64,000 nt of DNA, taken from NCBI GenBank assembly GCA_965247095.1, contig OZ251997.1, positions 4,480,001 to 4,544,000 on the forward strand, read 5' to 3'. Positions 42,719-55,108 of the stretch are shown here, in pieces. Below the pieces are notes generated by a model. It was not told where the DNA came from. It saw nothing but the letters and a program-made list of their open reading frames with translations, and ran no database searches. A program made the position numbers and the translations under genes. How positions within the stretch are numbered: the first letter of the stretch is position 1; every line of letters starts with the position of its first letter. Origin of the DNA: Candidatus Multivorans sp. (GTDB taxonomy: Bacteria; Acidobacteriota; Thermoanaerobaculia; Multivoradales; Multivoraceae).

Positions 42719-44017
42719 CTATCGCCCTATCGCCCACAGGTGCCCGTCGGTGCGGATGTACCAGACACCGCCGACGAGGGCCGGGGAGGCGATTGTCCGT
42801 TCGCCGATCCGGTTGACGTGGAGCAGTTCGAAGTCCGGCCCTTCCTTGATCACGAAGGTCTCGCCGTTGTCGTTGGTGAAGAAGACCTTGCCGTCCAGCG
42901 CCACGGGCGCGGCGGAGAAGCCCTCGCGCATCCGTTCGCCCAGACGCTCCTGCCAGACGACTTCGCCGCTCTTTGCCTCGTAGACGGTGATCACGCTGGC
43001 CATGTCGTTGACCATGTAGAGGTAGTCGCCGACGAGCATCGGCGCGACGACGAAGGGGGAGCCCTTGGCCGCGGTCCAGACGATGCGGCTGTCCGTCACG
43101 TCGCCGTTGCCGCCGGGGCGGATCGCGAGAGTGGGCCCGGCGCGGCCCGAGGTGCTGAACAGCAGGTCGTGGCCGACGACGGGACTCGGGATGACCTCGA
43201 AGGTGGTGCCGCTCGCCCGCCACAGTTCGCGGCCGTCCGCCGGTGCGTAGGCGATCACGTGGTGCTGGCTGTTGACCACGATCTCGTCGCGCTCCTCGCC
43301 GTCGTCGGTGGTCACCGAGATCGCGGCCGGCGAACTCCAGCCGACCTGGGTCTCGCGTTCCGTGCGCCAGAGTTCCTCGCCCGTGCGTCGGTCGAAGGCG
43401 GCGATGAAGGAGGGGGCGCGCTGCTGTTCCTGGACGATGATCAGCCGTTCGCCGAGCAGGAGCGGCGACGAGGCGGTGCCGTGGAAGGCGTTCAGTTCGC
43501 CGAGGGACTTGTGCCAGACGATCTTGCCGTCCATGTCGATCGCGAGCACGCCGTGGTTGCCGAAGTAGGCGTAGACCCGCTCGCCGTCCGTGGTCGGAGT
43601 CGAGGAGGCGTGACCGTTCTTCCGGTAGGCGCGCTCGGGGTTGGCGTTCGGCGCCGCCGTCGTCCACAGCCGCTTCCCCGTCTCCCGGTCGAAGGCGAGC
43701 ACCGAGCGATTGGCGCCGGCCGCCTCGGCGGTGGTCAGGAAGATGCGGTTGCCCCAGACGATCGGCGACGAGTTGCCGTTGCCCGGCACGGCAACCTTCC
43801 AGCGGACGTTCTCCTCCGGACCCCAGCGGTCGACGTAGCCGGCGCCTGCGACATCGCCCTGACCGCTCGGTCCGCGCCAGCGCGGCCAGGTGTCGGCGGG
43901 ATCGCCCACGGCGGGTGTCATCCTTGCGCGTTCGTTCGCCGCGGCGGCGCCGGGGGCGAACGCCGGCAGGAGCAAGGCGGTGGCGACGAGCAGACGAGAC
44001 GGCATCGTGAATCTCAT
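42719..44017 (-). CDS. PQQ-like beta-propeller repeat protein (BamB-like)
   Basis: WPRWRGP, SSPIV, repeated GxxxW motifs; signal peptide. Confidence 0.88.
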   Translation of the reverse strand: MRFTMPSRLLVATALLLPAFAPGAAAANERARMTPAVGDPADTWPRWRGPSGQGDVAGAGYVDRWGPEENVRWKVAVPGNGNSSPIVWGNRIFLTTAEAAGANRSVLAFDRETGKRLWTTAAPNANPERAYRKNGHASSTPTTDGERVYAYFGNHGVLAIDMDGKIVWHKSLGELNAFHGTASSPLLLGERLIIVQEQQRAPSFIAAFDRRTGEELWRTERETQVGWSSPAAISVTTDDGEERDEIVVNSQHHVIAYAPADGRELWRASGTTFEVIPSPVVGHDLLFSTSGRAGPTLAIRPGGNGDVTDSRIVWTAAKGSPFVVAPMLVGDYLYMVNDMASVITVYEAKSGEVVWQERLGERMREGFSAAPVALDGKVFFTNDNGETFVIKEGPDFELLHVNRIGERTIASPALVGGVWYIRTDGHLWAIGR

Positions 44018-44074
44018 GCGCAGAATGATAGAACTTCGCGGCTACCTGAATCCAAACTGAGGGACATTCCGAGA

Positions 44075-45067
44075 ATGAGCGACACCTTTCGAGCCGTCGT
44101 CGTCGACAAGGTCGACGACCGGCACACGGTCAACCTGCGCGACCTGACCCCAGGCGATCTGCCGGAGCACGACGTGCTGGTGGATGTCGAGTACTCCACC
44201 CTGAACTACAAGGACGGGCTGGCGATTACCGGCGCCGCGCCCATCTGCCGTTCCGTGCCCATGGTCTGCGGCGTCGACCTGGCGGGCACCGTGGCGGAGT
44301 CCGCCTCGGACGCGTTCTCGCCCGGCGACCGGGTGCTGGTCAACGGCTACGGCCTGAGCGAAAGCCACTGGGGTGGCTACTCGCAGAAGGCGCGGATGAA
44401 GTCGGACTGGCTGGTGCCGGTGCCGGACGCCTTCACGACCCAGCAGGCGATGGCGATCGGCACCGCCGGTTACACGGCGATGCTGTGCGTGATGGCGTTG
44501 CAGAATCACGGCGTGACGCCGGAGAGCGGCGATGTCGTCGTGACCGGCGCCGCCGGCGGGGTGGGCTCGGTGGCGGTGGCGCTGCTGGCGCGGGCCGGCT
44601 ACCGCGTGATCGCCTCCACCGGACGCGAGGCGGAGCATGACTACCTGCGTAGTCTGGGCGCGGCCGACTTCCTCGCCCGCGACACGTTGTCCGCGAAGCC
44701 GCGGCCGATCGGCCGCGAGAACTGGGCCGGCGCCGTGGACGTCGTCGGATCGTCGACGCTGGCGAACCTGATCGCCCAGACCCGCTACGGCGGCTGCGTT
44801 GCCGCCTGCGGACTGGCCGGCGGGATGGACCTGCCGTCGAGCGTCTACCCCTTCATCCTGCGCGGCGTGGTCCTCGCCGGCGTCGATTCGGTGATGGCGC
44901 CGATGGAACTGCGGCGGGAAGCGTGGAACCGTCTGGCCGCGGAGCTTCCGGCCGACCTGTTGTCCGAGATGACGACGGTCGAGCCGATGAGCCGGATCGA
45001 GGAGCTGGCGGCTTCGATCCTGGCCGGTGAGACCCGTGGGCGGGTGGTCATCGACGTGAACGCCTAG
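44075..45067 (+). CDS. YhdH/AcuI-family MDR oxidoreductase (acryloyl-CoA reductase-like)
   Basis: From MSDTF: YSTLNYKDGLA, AMAIGTAGYTAML, TGAAGGVGS, PFILRGV.L.GVDSV. Confidence 0.92.
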   Translation: MSDTFRAVVVDKVDDRHTVNLRDLTPGDLPEHDVLVDVEYSTLNYKDGLAITGAAPICRSVPMVCGVDLAGTVAESASDAFSPGDRVLVNGYGLSESHWGGYSQKARMKSDWLVPVPDAFTTQQAMAIGTAGYTAMLCVMALQNHGVTPESGDVVVTGAAGGVGSVAVALLARAGYRVIASTGREAEHDYLRSLGAADFLARDTLSAKPRPIGRENWAGAVDVVGSSTLANLIAQTRYGGCVAACGLAGGMDLPSSVYPFILRGVVLAGVDSVMAPMELRREAWNRLAAELPADLLSEMTTVEPMSRIEELAASILAGETRGRVVIDVNA

Positions 45068-45093
45068 CAGCCAACGGCGCACAGGAGGATCGA

Positions 45094-47181
<2,088 letters not shown>

Positions 47182-47239
47182 GGGTTTGAACGTAGGATGC
47201 ACCGGCCCGACCCGGTCACCAACCAAGAGGAGAGGAACG

Positions 47240-48208
47240 ATGATCCGAGTGAGTGGAAAGACGACACGACGGCGCCTCATGGCTGCGGCCGCCGGTGTTC
47301 TACTGCTGGCGATGACTGGGGGAGCGGCAATGGGCAGCGACTTGATGGACCGCGTGGAGCACGGCTTCGCCGACTCGGATGGCGTGAAGATCCACTTTGC
47401 TTCGATCGGCGAGGGCCCGCTGGTCGTGATGATCCACGGCTTCCCGGACTTCTGGTACTCGTGGCGGCACCAGATGGAGGCGCTCTCAAGCGACTTCCAG
47501 GTCGTGGCGATCGATCAGCGCGGCTACAACAAAAGCGACTCGCCGGACGGCGAAGAGAACTACAACATGCGCTACCTGGTCGGGGATGTCGCCGCGGTGA
47601 TCCGGCATCTCGGCCGCGACAAGGCGACGATCGTCGGCCACGACTGGGGCGGCGCGGTCGCCTGGCAGGTCGCGTTCCACCTGCCGCAGATGACGGAGCG
47701 GCTGATCATCCTGAACCTGCCGCACCCGAACGGCATGGGGCGGGAACTGGCGAACAACGCGACGCAGCAGCAGAACAGCGGCTACGCGCGGAAGTTCCAG
47801 GAGGGCAAGGCCAGCGATCCGGATGTCTTCTTCGGCATGCCGATGAACCCGCTGACGCTGTCCGGCTGGGTACAGGACCAGGACGCCAAGAAGCACTATC
47901 AGGCCGCCTTCGAGCGGTCCGACTTCGACGCCATGCTCGCCTACTACAAGCAGAACTACCCGAGAGACGGAGGCGGCATCGGCCAGGCGCCCGGACAGGA
48001 ACTGCCTCGGCTCGGAATGCCGGTGCTCATGTTCCACGGCCTGGACGACACGGCTCTCCACTCGGACGGTCTGAACAACACCTGGGACTGGCTCGACAGC
48101 GACCTGACCCTGGTCACCGTGCCGGGCGCCAACCACTTCGTCCAGAGCGACGCGGCCGACCTTGTGTCGACCACCATGAAATGGTGGCTGCTGTCGCGGG
48201 TGGAGTAG
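47240..48208 (+). CDS. Alpha/beta hydrolase (epoxide hydrolase-like), secreted
   Basis: [25 protein letters not shown]; GAGGAG RBS. Confidence 0.9.
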   Translation: MIRVSGKTTRRRLMAAAAGVLLLAMTGGAAMGSDLMDRVEHGFADSDGVKIHFASIGEGPLVVMIHGFPDFWYSWRHQMEALSSDFQVVAIDQRGYNKSDSPDGEENYNMRYLVGDVAAVIRHLGRDKATIVGHDWGGAVAWQVAFHLPQMTERLIILNLPHPNGMGRELANNATQQQNSGYARKFQEGKASDPDVFFGMPMNPLTLSGWVQDQDAKKHYQAAFERSDFDAMLAYYKQNYPRDGGGIGQAPGQELPRLGMPVLMFHGLDDTALHSDGLNNTWDWLDSDLTLVTVPGANHFVQSDAADLVSTTMKWWLLSRVE

Positions 48209-48211
48209 CAG

Positions 48212-48232
48212 GGGCCGCGGGCTACGCGGCCC
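48212..48232. terminator. GC-rich hairpin between convergent genes
   Basis: GGGCCGCG-GGCTA-CGCGGCCC; no U-tract. Confidence 0.4.
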
Positions 48233-48246
48233 GCATCTGTCGCCGT

Positions 48247-49359
48247 CTACCAGCGCGGCCGCGTGCTGACGTAGGTCGCGTCGTCGGTGAGTTGCACCAC
48301 CTCGCCGGTCTCGATCTCGATCTTCCAGATCTCCCAGTTCCCCGAGCGGTCCGACTCGAACACGATGAAGCGGCCGTCGCGGGAGAACCAGGGGTGGCCG
48401 TCGTTCGCGTCGGACGCGGTCAAGCGGCGCTGATGCGAGCCGTCGATGCCGGCGAGGAAGATGTCGTCGGTCGGGCCGCTTCGGTTCGTTTGCCAGGCGA
48501 TCGTCCGGCCGTCGGGTGAGACGGCGGGCCGTCGGTGACGATGGTTGCGGTCGGTGAGCGCCGTATAGGTGCCCTGGCCGTAGCCGTCGAAACGGATGAT
48601 CGCGATCTCCATCCGCCGCTCGCCGTCCAAGGATCCGCTTTCGGCCTGGAACAGGACGGCGCGCTGCAAGCCAACGCCGTTGCCGACCCGGAGAGCGGTC
48701 GTGTTCGACGCGTCGAGCCGTCGTCGATCGCCGAACTCCGTGATCAGGCCCTGGTTGAAGCCGTCCCCTTCGGGACAGTTCCGCGTGTAGGTCAGCTCCT
48801 GGCTGATCGGCGAGATGCTGGCGTGGTGGACCGCGCAGCCCTCGACTTCGCGCAGCACCTCGCGCTCGCCGGTGGCGAGGTCCTCGCGGAAGATGCGGGC
48901 GCCGCCTTCGACCCCGGCGTCGGCGTCGTTGAACTCGGCGTAGACCACGGTTCGCAGGTCGAGGGACAGGGACGGGTGGTCCAGGTGTGTCATCCGTGCA
49001 CGCGAGGACGGGCGCACGGAGCGGTTCGCGCGTGGCGTGGATCGCCACGCGGGTTGCGGCACGCCCTTGCGCACCAGGCGCAGGCCGCTGCCGTCCCCCT
49101 CCATGATCCAGATGTCGGCGCCGCCGTAGAAGCCGGGGACGGTCGGCACAGCATCCGTGTTGGCGAAGCGCTGGAAGACGATCGGGTCGGTGAACTCGGG
49201 CGCACGTGGGGACGCGGGCGTCTCGCCCGCATCCGGCTCGGTGGCAACGCCGCCCGGAGCGTCACCGCCGCACGAAAGCAGGACCGCCGCCGCGAGGGCC
49301 CCGGCCGCTCCGAGAGCGGCCGAGGCGAACCTCCGTGGGGCGGCGGAGCGTTCCGTCAT
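48247..49359 (-). CDS. TolB-like (PD40 repeat) lipoprotein
   Basis: Lipobox LSC; PAVSPDGR, PWFSRDGRFIVFESDRSG. Confidence 0.85.
   Translation of the reverse strand: MTERSAAPRRFASAALGAAGALAAAVLLSCGGDAPGGVATEPDAGETPASPRAPEFTDPIVFQRFANTDAVPTVPGFYGGADIWIMEGDGSGLRLVRKGVPQPAWRSTPRANRSVRPSSRARMTHLDHPSLSLDLRTVVYAEFNDADAGVEGGARIFREDLATGEREVLREVEGCAVHHASISPISQELTYTRNCPEGDGFNQGLITEFGDRRRLDASNTTALRVGNGVGLQRAVLFQAESGSLDGERRMEIAIIRFDGYGQGTYTALTDRNHRHRRPAVSPDGRTIAWQTNRSGPTDDIFLAGIDGSHQRRLTASDANDGHPWFSRDGRFIVFESDRSGNWEIWKIEIETGEVVQLTDDATYVSTRPRW
49207..49236 (+). repeat. REP-like palindromic element inside TolB-like CDS
   Basis: TGGGGACGCGGGCGTCTCGCCCGCATCCGG; translated on the minus strand as PDAGETPASP. 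Confidence 0.8.
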
Positions 49360-49373
49360 GCGGCGCGGACGTT

Positions 49374-50948
49374 CTACCCGGTCGGCAGGGTGGTCGGCGT
49401 CTCGTTCTCGGCCGGTGTGCCGATCATTTCGCCGAACCCCATGTTCATGAGCATGGAACCGTCTTTCTGGACCGTTCCTTCGAGCTCCATCGTCTGTCCC
49501 GGGACCTGTGCCGTGGCGGTGACGTGGTCACCGTCCCAGACGATGTCGACGATCACCGCGGGCAGGGCAAGCGTGCCGAACTGGACGAACCAGCCGCCCG
49601 GCCTGCCGTCGCGCGGCAGCAGCATGGCGGTCGGTTCGGGCCCCTGGCCTGGTTGGCGGGTGACGTCGAAGCGCCAGGCCTGCCCCGGATCGCTCTTCGC
49701 GAGCTCGGCGAGTTTGGCGATCACCGCATTGGCGGGCTCGGGGCTCACGCCGTCGGCGGCCACGTAGTCGACGAAGCCGATCAGCATCTCGTCCGTCGAT
49801 TCGGTTCCCCAGGTGACGTTGACTGTCGGGTCGGGGTTGTTCGGATTGTCCGCGGAGTTGTCCCAATGCGCGACGACCTCGATGCGGGTGCCGGCCGGCA
49901 GCGCCAGGGGCTCGTCGAACTCGTAGCCGGTCTGCCAGTTGAAGTCGTAGCGGCTGACGCTGAGCAGTTCCCGCTCCTCGCCGTCGGGGAGGTATGCGGT
50001 GTACTTCATGTCCTTGCCGCGGTAGTGCATGTGCGGGGCCAGGGAGCGGACGACGACGTCCTCGGAGAAGACGTGACTGGCGCGCGCCTCGTAGTTCGGG
50101 TCGCCGGCCGGGATCTTGAACGTGGCGTTCATCACCCAGAGGTTGATCAGTTCCTTCTCGACCTCCTCGGGCTCGGCGAACCAGACTCCGACGCGGGTCT
50201 TGTCGGTCGCGGCCATGCCGTTCGGGTGGTAGTGGAAGTCGCCGAGCAGTCCGCGCCCCTTGGGCAGGAATCGGGCGGTGCCGGACGGGAGTTCGTTCGG
50301 GCCGGCGCCGGCGGCCCAACCGTCGATCCAGGCGTCCTGGACCTCCCTGCTGGCCTCGGATGCCCGCCACAGGATGAAGTGGTGGAGCACCTCGCGGTCA
50401 CCGGGCTGGACTTCCACGGCGCGAATCCAGCGGTCCTCCTCGAAGCCGGGCGCGATCGGCAGGATGGCGAAGCTGTCCGGGCCGTCGGCCGCAACGTCGA
50501 AGGCGTCGAACTCATAGACCCAGTCGGGCTCGCCGAATGCCCATTCAGCTTCCGCGGCGGGCGGCTCGTAGGCCGGCTCCTCGCCGTCGCCCCGCGGTGC
50601 GCCGGTTGCGGCCCACCGCGTGATTGCGGCGATTTCGCTGTCGCTCAGGCTGATGTCGTTCTTCCACGGTCCGTAGCCCGGGTCGGCGTCCCAGGGCGGC
50701 ATGTCGCGGTTCTCGACGGCGCGCGCGATGGACTTCGCCCACGGCCGGGCCTCGCGGTAGGTCCGCAGCGCCATCGGCGCGATCTCATCCGGCTGATGGC
50801 AGGAGACGCAGTTCTCGTGGAGGATCGGCGCGATGTCGGCCACGAAGGTGGGCTGGTCCAGGTTCAGGGCGAGGCCGGTCGCGGGGAGGACGAGCAGTCC
50901 GAGGGCGATGGCGGTGGCCGTGCGCATGCGGTGGGGGATGGCGTTCAT
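49374..50948 (-). CDS. c-type heme + copper type II monooxygenase-like (PHM/DbM-like) secreted protein
   Basis: CVSCH, MPPW, LHH, FHYH, PHMHYRGK, YDFNWQ, TDEM; start uncertain (50948 or 50984). Confidence 0.78.
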   Translation of the reverse strand: MNAIPHRMRTATAIALGLLVLPATGLALNLDQPTFVADIAPILHENCVSCHQPDEIAPMALRTYREARPWAKSIARAVENRDMPPWDADPGYGPWKNDISLSDSEIAAITRWAATGAPRGDGEEPAYEPPAAEAEWAFGEPDWVYEFDAFDVAADGPDSFAILPIAPGFEEDRWIRAVEVQPGDREVLHHFILWRASEASREVQDAWIDGWAAGAGPNELPSGTARFLPKGRGLLGDFHYHPNGMAATDKTRVGVWFAEPEEVEKELINLWVMNATFKIPAGDPNYEARASHVFSEDVVVRSLAPHMHYRGKDMKYTAYLPDGEERELLSVSRYDFNWQTGYEFDEPLALPAGTRIEVVAHWDNSADNPNNPDPTVNVTWGTESTDEMLIGFVDYVAADGVSPEPANAVIAKLAELAKSDPGQAWRFDVTRQPGQGPEPTAMLLPRDGRPGGWFVQFGTLALPAVIVDIVWDGDHVTATAQVPGQTMELEGTVQKDGSMLMNMGFGEMIGTPAENETPTTLPTG

Positions 50949-51147
50949 GTCTTGTCCTTGAGTGTCGGATGGGAGGGTCTTCATGAAACCTCGCGGACGC
51001 TGGATGCGTCTACGATTTGGAGCGCTCGTGCGTCCGAAGTGGTTTAGACAGTACCCGACTATACGGCGCTCACGCCTTCTGGGTTTCGGCTGCCAGCCGA
51101 GCCTGGCCGCGACCAACCCGACGCCGAGGACTGCTACGCTCACCGAC

Positions 51148-52053
51148 ATGTTTCCGGTCGAATCGGCGCCTGATCGAAGCCCCGGAGTCGAGCCTCGACG
51201 ACGCCCGTTCGGCCTCCGTGTCCTGGGGTCTTCAGCCCCCCGGTTGCGAGCCTCCTTTCTGACGGTAGCGGCTCTCTTCGCCTCGATCATCTTCTGGGGT
51301 CAGCCGGCGGCCGCTCAGAATGTGCTTTCGAGAGCGATTCAGGATCGCGTTCAGGAGAATCCCCACACCACCGAGGCCGACATCGAGGCCGGCGCCCGGG
51401 TGTTTCAGCGCAGTTGCTCGCTCTGCCACGGAGCGGACGGCACCGGCGGCGACGGCCCCGACCTCACCCGCGGCGTGTTCCGTCACGGCAGCAGCGATGC
51501 GGCCCTGTTCCGGAACATCCTGACCGGCATTCCCAACAGCGGCATGGGCGGCATCTACCAGCCCGACAAGAAGATCTGGCAGGTCGTGTCCTACGTGCGG
51601 TCGCTCAGCCGCGGTGGCGGCGACGCGGAGGTGCCGGGCGACCCGGCGCGTGGCCGGCGTCTGTACTTGAGCCGGGGCTCGTGCTCCGACTGTCACCGCC
51701 TGAACGGTTCGGGAGGCCGGCTCGGGCCCGATCTCAGCGATCTCGGCTGGCGCCGCGCGCCGGCGCACATCCGCGCTTCGATCGCGGAACCTTCCGAGTC
51801 GATGGCCGATGAGTACCGTACGGTCGAGGTCAGGACCACCGGCGGCAACACCGTCCGCGGCGTGTTGCGGAACGAGGACCGCCACTCGATCCAGCTCTTC
51901 GACGAGTTCGAGAACCTCCGGTCCTTCGCCAAGGCCGATCTGGCCGCGGTCGACAAACCCGGGGAATCCCTGATGCCGCCGCTCGGCAGCTTCTTCCGCG
52001 GTCGCGATCTGGACGATCTCGTGGCCTACCTCTACTCGCTGCGGCCGGAGTGA
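51148..52053 (+). CDS. Di-heme c-type cytochrome
   Basis: CSLCH and CSDCH, GPDL x2, SLMP; TACGCT 7 nt before ATG 51148. Confidence 0.88.
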   Translation: MFPVESAPDRSPGVEPRRRPFGLRVLGSSAPRLRASFLTVAALFASIIFWGQPAAAQNVLSRAIQDRVQENPHTTEADIEAGARVFQRSCSLCHGADGTGGDGPDLTRGVFRHGSSDAALFRNILTGIPNSGMGGIYQPDKKIWQVVSYVRSLSRGGGDAEVPGDPARGRRLYLSRGSCSDCHRLNGSGGRLGPDLSDLGWRRAPAHIRASIAEPSESMADEYRTVEVRTTGGNTVRGVLRNEDRHSIQLFDEFENLRSFAKADLAAVDKPGESLMPPLGSFFRGRDLDDLVAYLYSLRPE

Positions 52054-53699
52054 TGCCGATGCCCCGAATGAACGAGACGAAGACGCCGGCGGGCGTCCGC
52101 ATCGCGCTGTCGCTTCTGTTGCTCTTGCTCGCAGCGTCCGGTGCGTTCGCACAGAGCGAGGTCAGCTACGAACGGTTGAAGGCGGCGGCCGATGAGCCCG
52201 CCGACTGGCTCATGTACTCGGGCCAGTACGACAGTCAGCGCTTCAGTCGCCTGGACGAGATCGACTCGTCTAACGCCGCCAACCTGCAGCTTCGCTGGGC
52301 CCATCAACTGCCGACACTCGGACAGGTCGAGACGACGCCGATCGTCGTCGACGAGGTCATGTACGCGACCACGCCGGACAACATCGTGCTGGCGCTCGAC
52401 GCGAGCACCGGCCAGCGGTACTGGACCTACACTCATGACGTGCCGGATCAGCTCGCGCTGTGCTGCCGCAAGCAGAGCCGGGGAGTCTCCGTCCTCGGCG
52501 AGCGGCTCTACATGGGCACGATCGACGCCCGCCTCGTTGCCCTCGACGCGAAGACCGGCGCGCTGATCTGGAACACCGAAGTGGGGAGTCCGCTCTCCGG
52601 CCACTCGATCACGGCGGCGCCGATGATCATCCGCGATCTGGTGATCACGGGGATCGGCGGCGGCGAGTACGGGATCCGGGGCTTCCTCGACGCTTACGAC
52701 GCGGGCACCGGCGAACTCCGCTGGCGGACGTACACGATTCCAGGGCCGGGCGAACCCGGCAACGACACCTGGGAGGGCGACTCCTGGAAGACCGGCGGCG
52801 CCCCGACCTGGATGACCGGTTCTTACGACCCGGATCTTGACCTCCTCTACTGGGGAACGGGCAATCCGGGGCCCGACTGGAACGGTGAGGTCCGGGAAGG
52901 CGACAACCTGCACTCCGACTCGGTCCTCGCCATCCGGCCCGAGACCGGCGAGATCGTCTGGGCCTTCCAGTTCACGCCGCACGACGTCCACGACTGGGAT
53001 GCCTGCCAGGTACCGGTCCTGTTCGAAGCCGAGTACCAGGGCCGGCAGCGCAAGCTGATGGCCTTCGCCAACCGGAACGCCTTCTTCTATCTGCTGGACC
53101 GCGAGACCGGTGAGTTCCTGTTCGCTCGCGAGTTCGCGAAGCAGACCTGGGCCGAGGGCATCGACGCCGACACCGGCCGGCCGATCCGGGTTCCCGACAT
53201 GTTCCCCTCCGAGGAGGGAAGACTGGTGGCGCCGGTGATCGGCGGCGCCGCGAACTGGTTCTCGCCCACCTACAGCCCGGACACGGGACTGTTCTACATC
53301 CAGGCCTACGACGCTGAGATGCTCTATTTCATGGCCGAAGCGGAGTACGAGGAAGGCGAGCTCTTCGTCGGCGGCTACGGCAAGCCGGCGGCGCCGGCCG
53401 ACGAGTACGTCAGCGTGGTGCGGGCGCTCGATCCGCTGACCGGGGACCGCAAGTGGGAGTACCGGGTCCAGCCGCGCTCCACTTCCGGCCTGCTGGCAAC
53501 GAAGGGCGGCGTGGTGTTCGGCGGCAGCGTCGCCGGCATCTTCTATGCCCTCGACGCCGGGAGCGGCGAGGAACTCTGGCACCGCCGCCTCGGCGGCAAC
53601 ATCCACGCCGCGCCGATGAGCTACGAGGCCGGCGGCCAGCAGCACGTGACGATCGCCGCGGGTCAGGCCCTGTTCACCTTCGCGCTGCCGGTGGAGTAG
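52050..53699 (+). CDS. PQQ-dependent alcohol dehydrogenase (methanol/ethanol family)
   Basis: Vicinal CC (ALCCRKQSRG), GGEYGIRG, GTGNP, HDVHDWDA, NRNAFFY; GTGA overlap with the cytochrome gene. Confidence 0.92.
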   Translation: MMPMPRMNETKTPAGVRIALSLLLLLLAASGAFAQSEVSYERLKAAADEPADWLMYSGQYDSQRFSRLDEIDSSNAANLQLRWAHQLPTLGQVETTPIVVDEVMYATTPDNIVLALDASTGQRYWTYTHDVPDQLALCCRKQSRGVSVLGERLYMGTIDARLVALDAKTGALIWNTEVGSPLSGHSITAAPMIIRDLVITGIGGGEYGIRGFLDAYDAGTGELRWRTYTIPGPGEPGNDTWEGDSWKTGGAPTWMTGSYDPDLDLLYWGTGNPGPDWNGEVREGDNLHSDSVLAIRPETGEIVWAFQFTPHDVHDWDACQVPVLFEAEYQGRQRKLMAFANRNAFFYLLDRETGEFLFAREFAKQTWAEGIDADTGRPIRVPDMFPSEEGRLVAPVIGGAANWFSPTYSPDTGLFYIQAYDAEMLYFMAEAEYEEGELFVGGYGKPAAPADEYVSVVRALDPLTGDRKWEYRVQPRSTSGLLATKGGVVFGGSVAGIFYALDAGSGEELWHRRLGGNIHAAPMSYEAGGQQHVTIAAGQALFTFALPVE

Positions 53700-53719
53700 G
53701 GAACTCCCCCAAGCCGGCC

Positions 53720-55108
53720 ATGAAGGTCTTCCCGGAACTCTTGATCGAGGATCTGCGCGCGGAGATCGAGCCGGAGCGGTTGGGGCGCCGGGCCGGCGAG
53801 CGGGGGATGCCGCCCCTCGAGGCGGCGGAGGATCCGGGCCAGACCGAGATCGAGGAGTTCATCGAGGCGAAGAAGAACGAGGCGGTTCAGGTGCGAGACG
53901 CTCAGCTCGAGCAGGTCGACCGCCACCTGGACGAGTTCGATCAGGCCGTGCTCGCCGGTGACCTGGAGTCGTCGGCGCGCAAGGCGGCGACCGAGTTCCG
54001 AGAGGTCGAGCAGAGCGAACTGCAGGCGCTCAAGGCGAGCCTGCACGAGTTCGAACGCAGACGGCGTGACTTCTTCGACTTCAAGCACCGCAACGGGCTC
54101 GACCGTGAGCCGGACTATCTGAGTCCGAGGACGACGGCGATCTTCATCGCGGTCCTGGTTCTGATCTTCCTGATCGAGAGTGCTCTGAACGGCACCTTCC
54201 TTGCCGTCGGCAGCGAGGGGGGTTTGATCGGTGGATGGGGGCTGGCGCTCGGCTTCAGCGTCGTCAACCTCGTGCTGCCGGTCCTGGCCTTCGGACCGGT
54301 CAGCCGCTACGTAAGCCACATCAGCTTCGTTCTGAAGGGGGTGGGCGTGGTCGCCATCCTCGGCTGGGTGGCGGCCGCCCTGGTGCTCAACCTGGGGCTT
54401 GCGCACTTCCGGGACGCCTCGGCCGATCTGAGCGAGAAAATCGGCGCCGAGGCGCTCAGCCGGTTCCAGGCCTCGCCGCTGGGCCTCCACGACGCCGAGT
54501 CGTGGCTCCTCTTTGTGCTCGGCTTCTTCTTCTCCGGGGTCGCGTTCTTCGAGGGCCGGAAGCTGTTCGGGGACTCCTACCCGGGCTACTCCCCCAAGCA
54601 CAGGAAGATGGAGACGGCGCGCGCCGACTACGACGACCTCTGGCAGGACTTGGTCGATCAGTTGCGCACCATCCGCGAAGACGGCCTGGACGCGATCCGC
54701 CGCACGGCCCACCAGGCGAAGAGCCAGCCCGTCGAACGCCGGCGGGCACTCGAGAGCGAGTCGAAGCTGCTGGCGGCGTTCGACTCCCATGTCGAGCAGT
54801 TGCGGCGCTTCGGCTCGATGCTGATCGAGGAGTACCGGGAGGCGAACCGCACGGTGCGTTTCGACCGCGGCAGTCCAGCGGCCCATGAGGCAGTCTGGAC
54901 GTTGGCCCGCCCGGCGCCGCATCGCGTGCGCCGCGATACGGGTGCGGTCGAGGAGGTGGACCTGGAGCTGCTGAACGAGCAGTACGAGTCCGTCGTCCAC
55001 CGCGTCCACGAGGAATGGGAACAGACCCAGTTGCGGCTGGACCTCGAGGGCTCTATGTCCCGCGCGCGCCCGGCGGGGCCCGTTCCAGCGGTCGATGGTG
55101 ATTCGTAG
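53720..55108 (+). CDS. Uncharacterised 4-TM protein flanked by coiled coils
   Basis: 462 aa; charged helical N- and C-termini; TM block IAVLVLIFLIESALNG..LAHFRD..SWLLFVLG..GDSYPGY. Confidence 0.75.
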   Translation: MKVFPELLIEDLRAEIEPERLGRRAGERGMPPLEAAEDPGQTEIEEFIEAKKNEAVQVRDAQLEQVDRHLDEFDQAVLAGDLESSARKAATEFREVEQSELQALKASLHEFERRRRDFFDFKHRNGLDREPDYLSPRTTAIFIAVLVLIFLIESALNGTFLAVGSEGGLIGGWGLALGFSVVNLVLPVLAFGPVSRYVSHISFVLKGVGVVAILGWVAAALVLNLGLAHFRDASADLSEKIGAEALSRFQASPLGLHDAESWLLFVLGFFFSGVAFFEGRKLFGDSYPGYSPKHRKMETARADYDDLWQDLVDQLRTIREDGLDAIRRTAHQAKSQPVERRRALESESKLLAAFDSHVEQLRRFGSMLIEEYREANRTVRFDRGSPAAHEAVWTLARPAPHRVRRDTGAVEEVDLELLNEQYESVVHRVHEEWEQTQLRLDLEGSMSRARPAGPVPAVDGDS

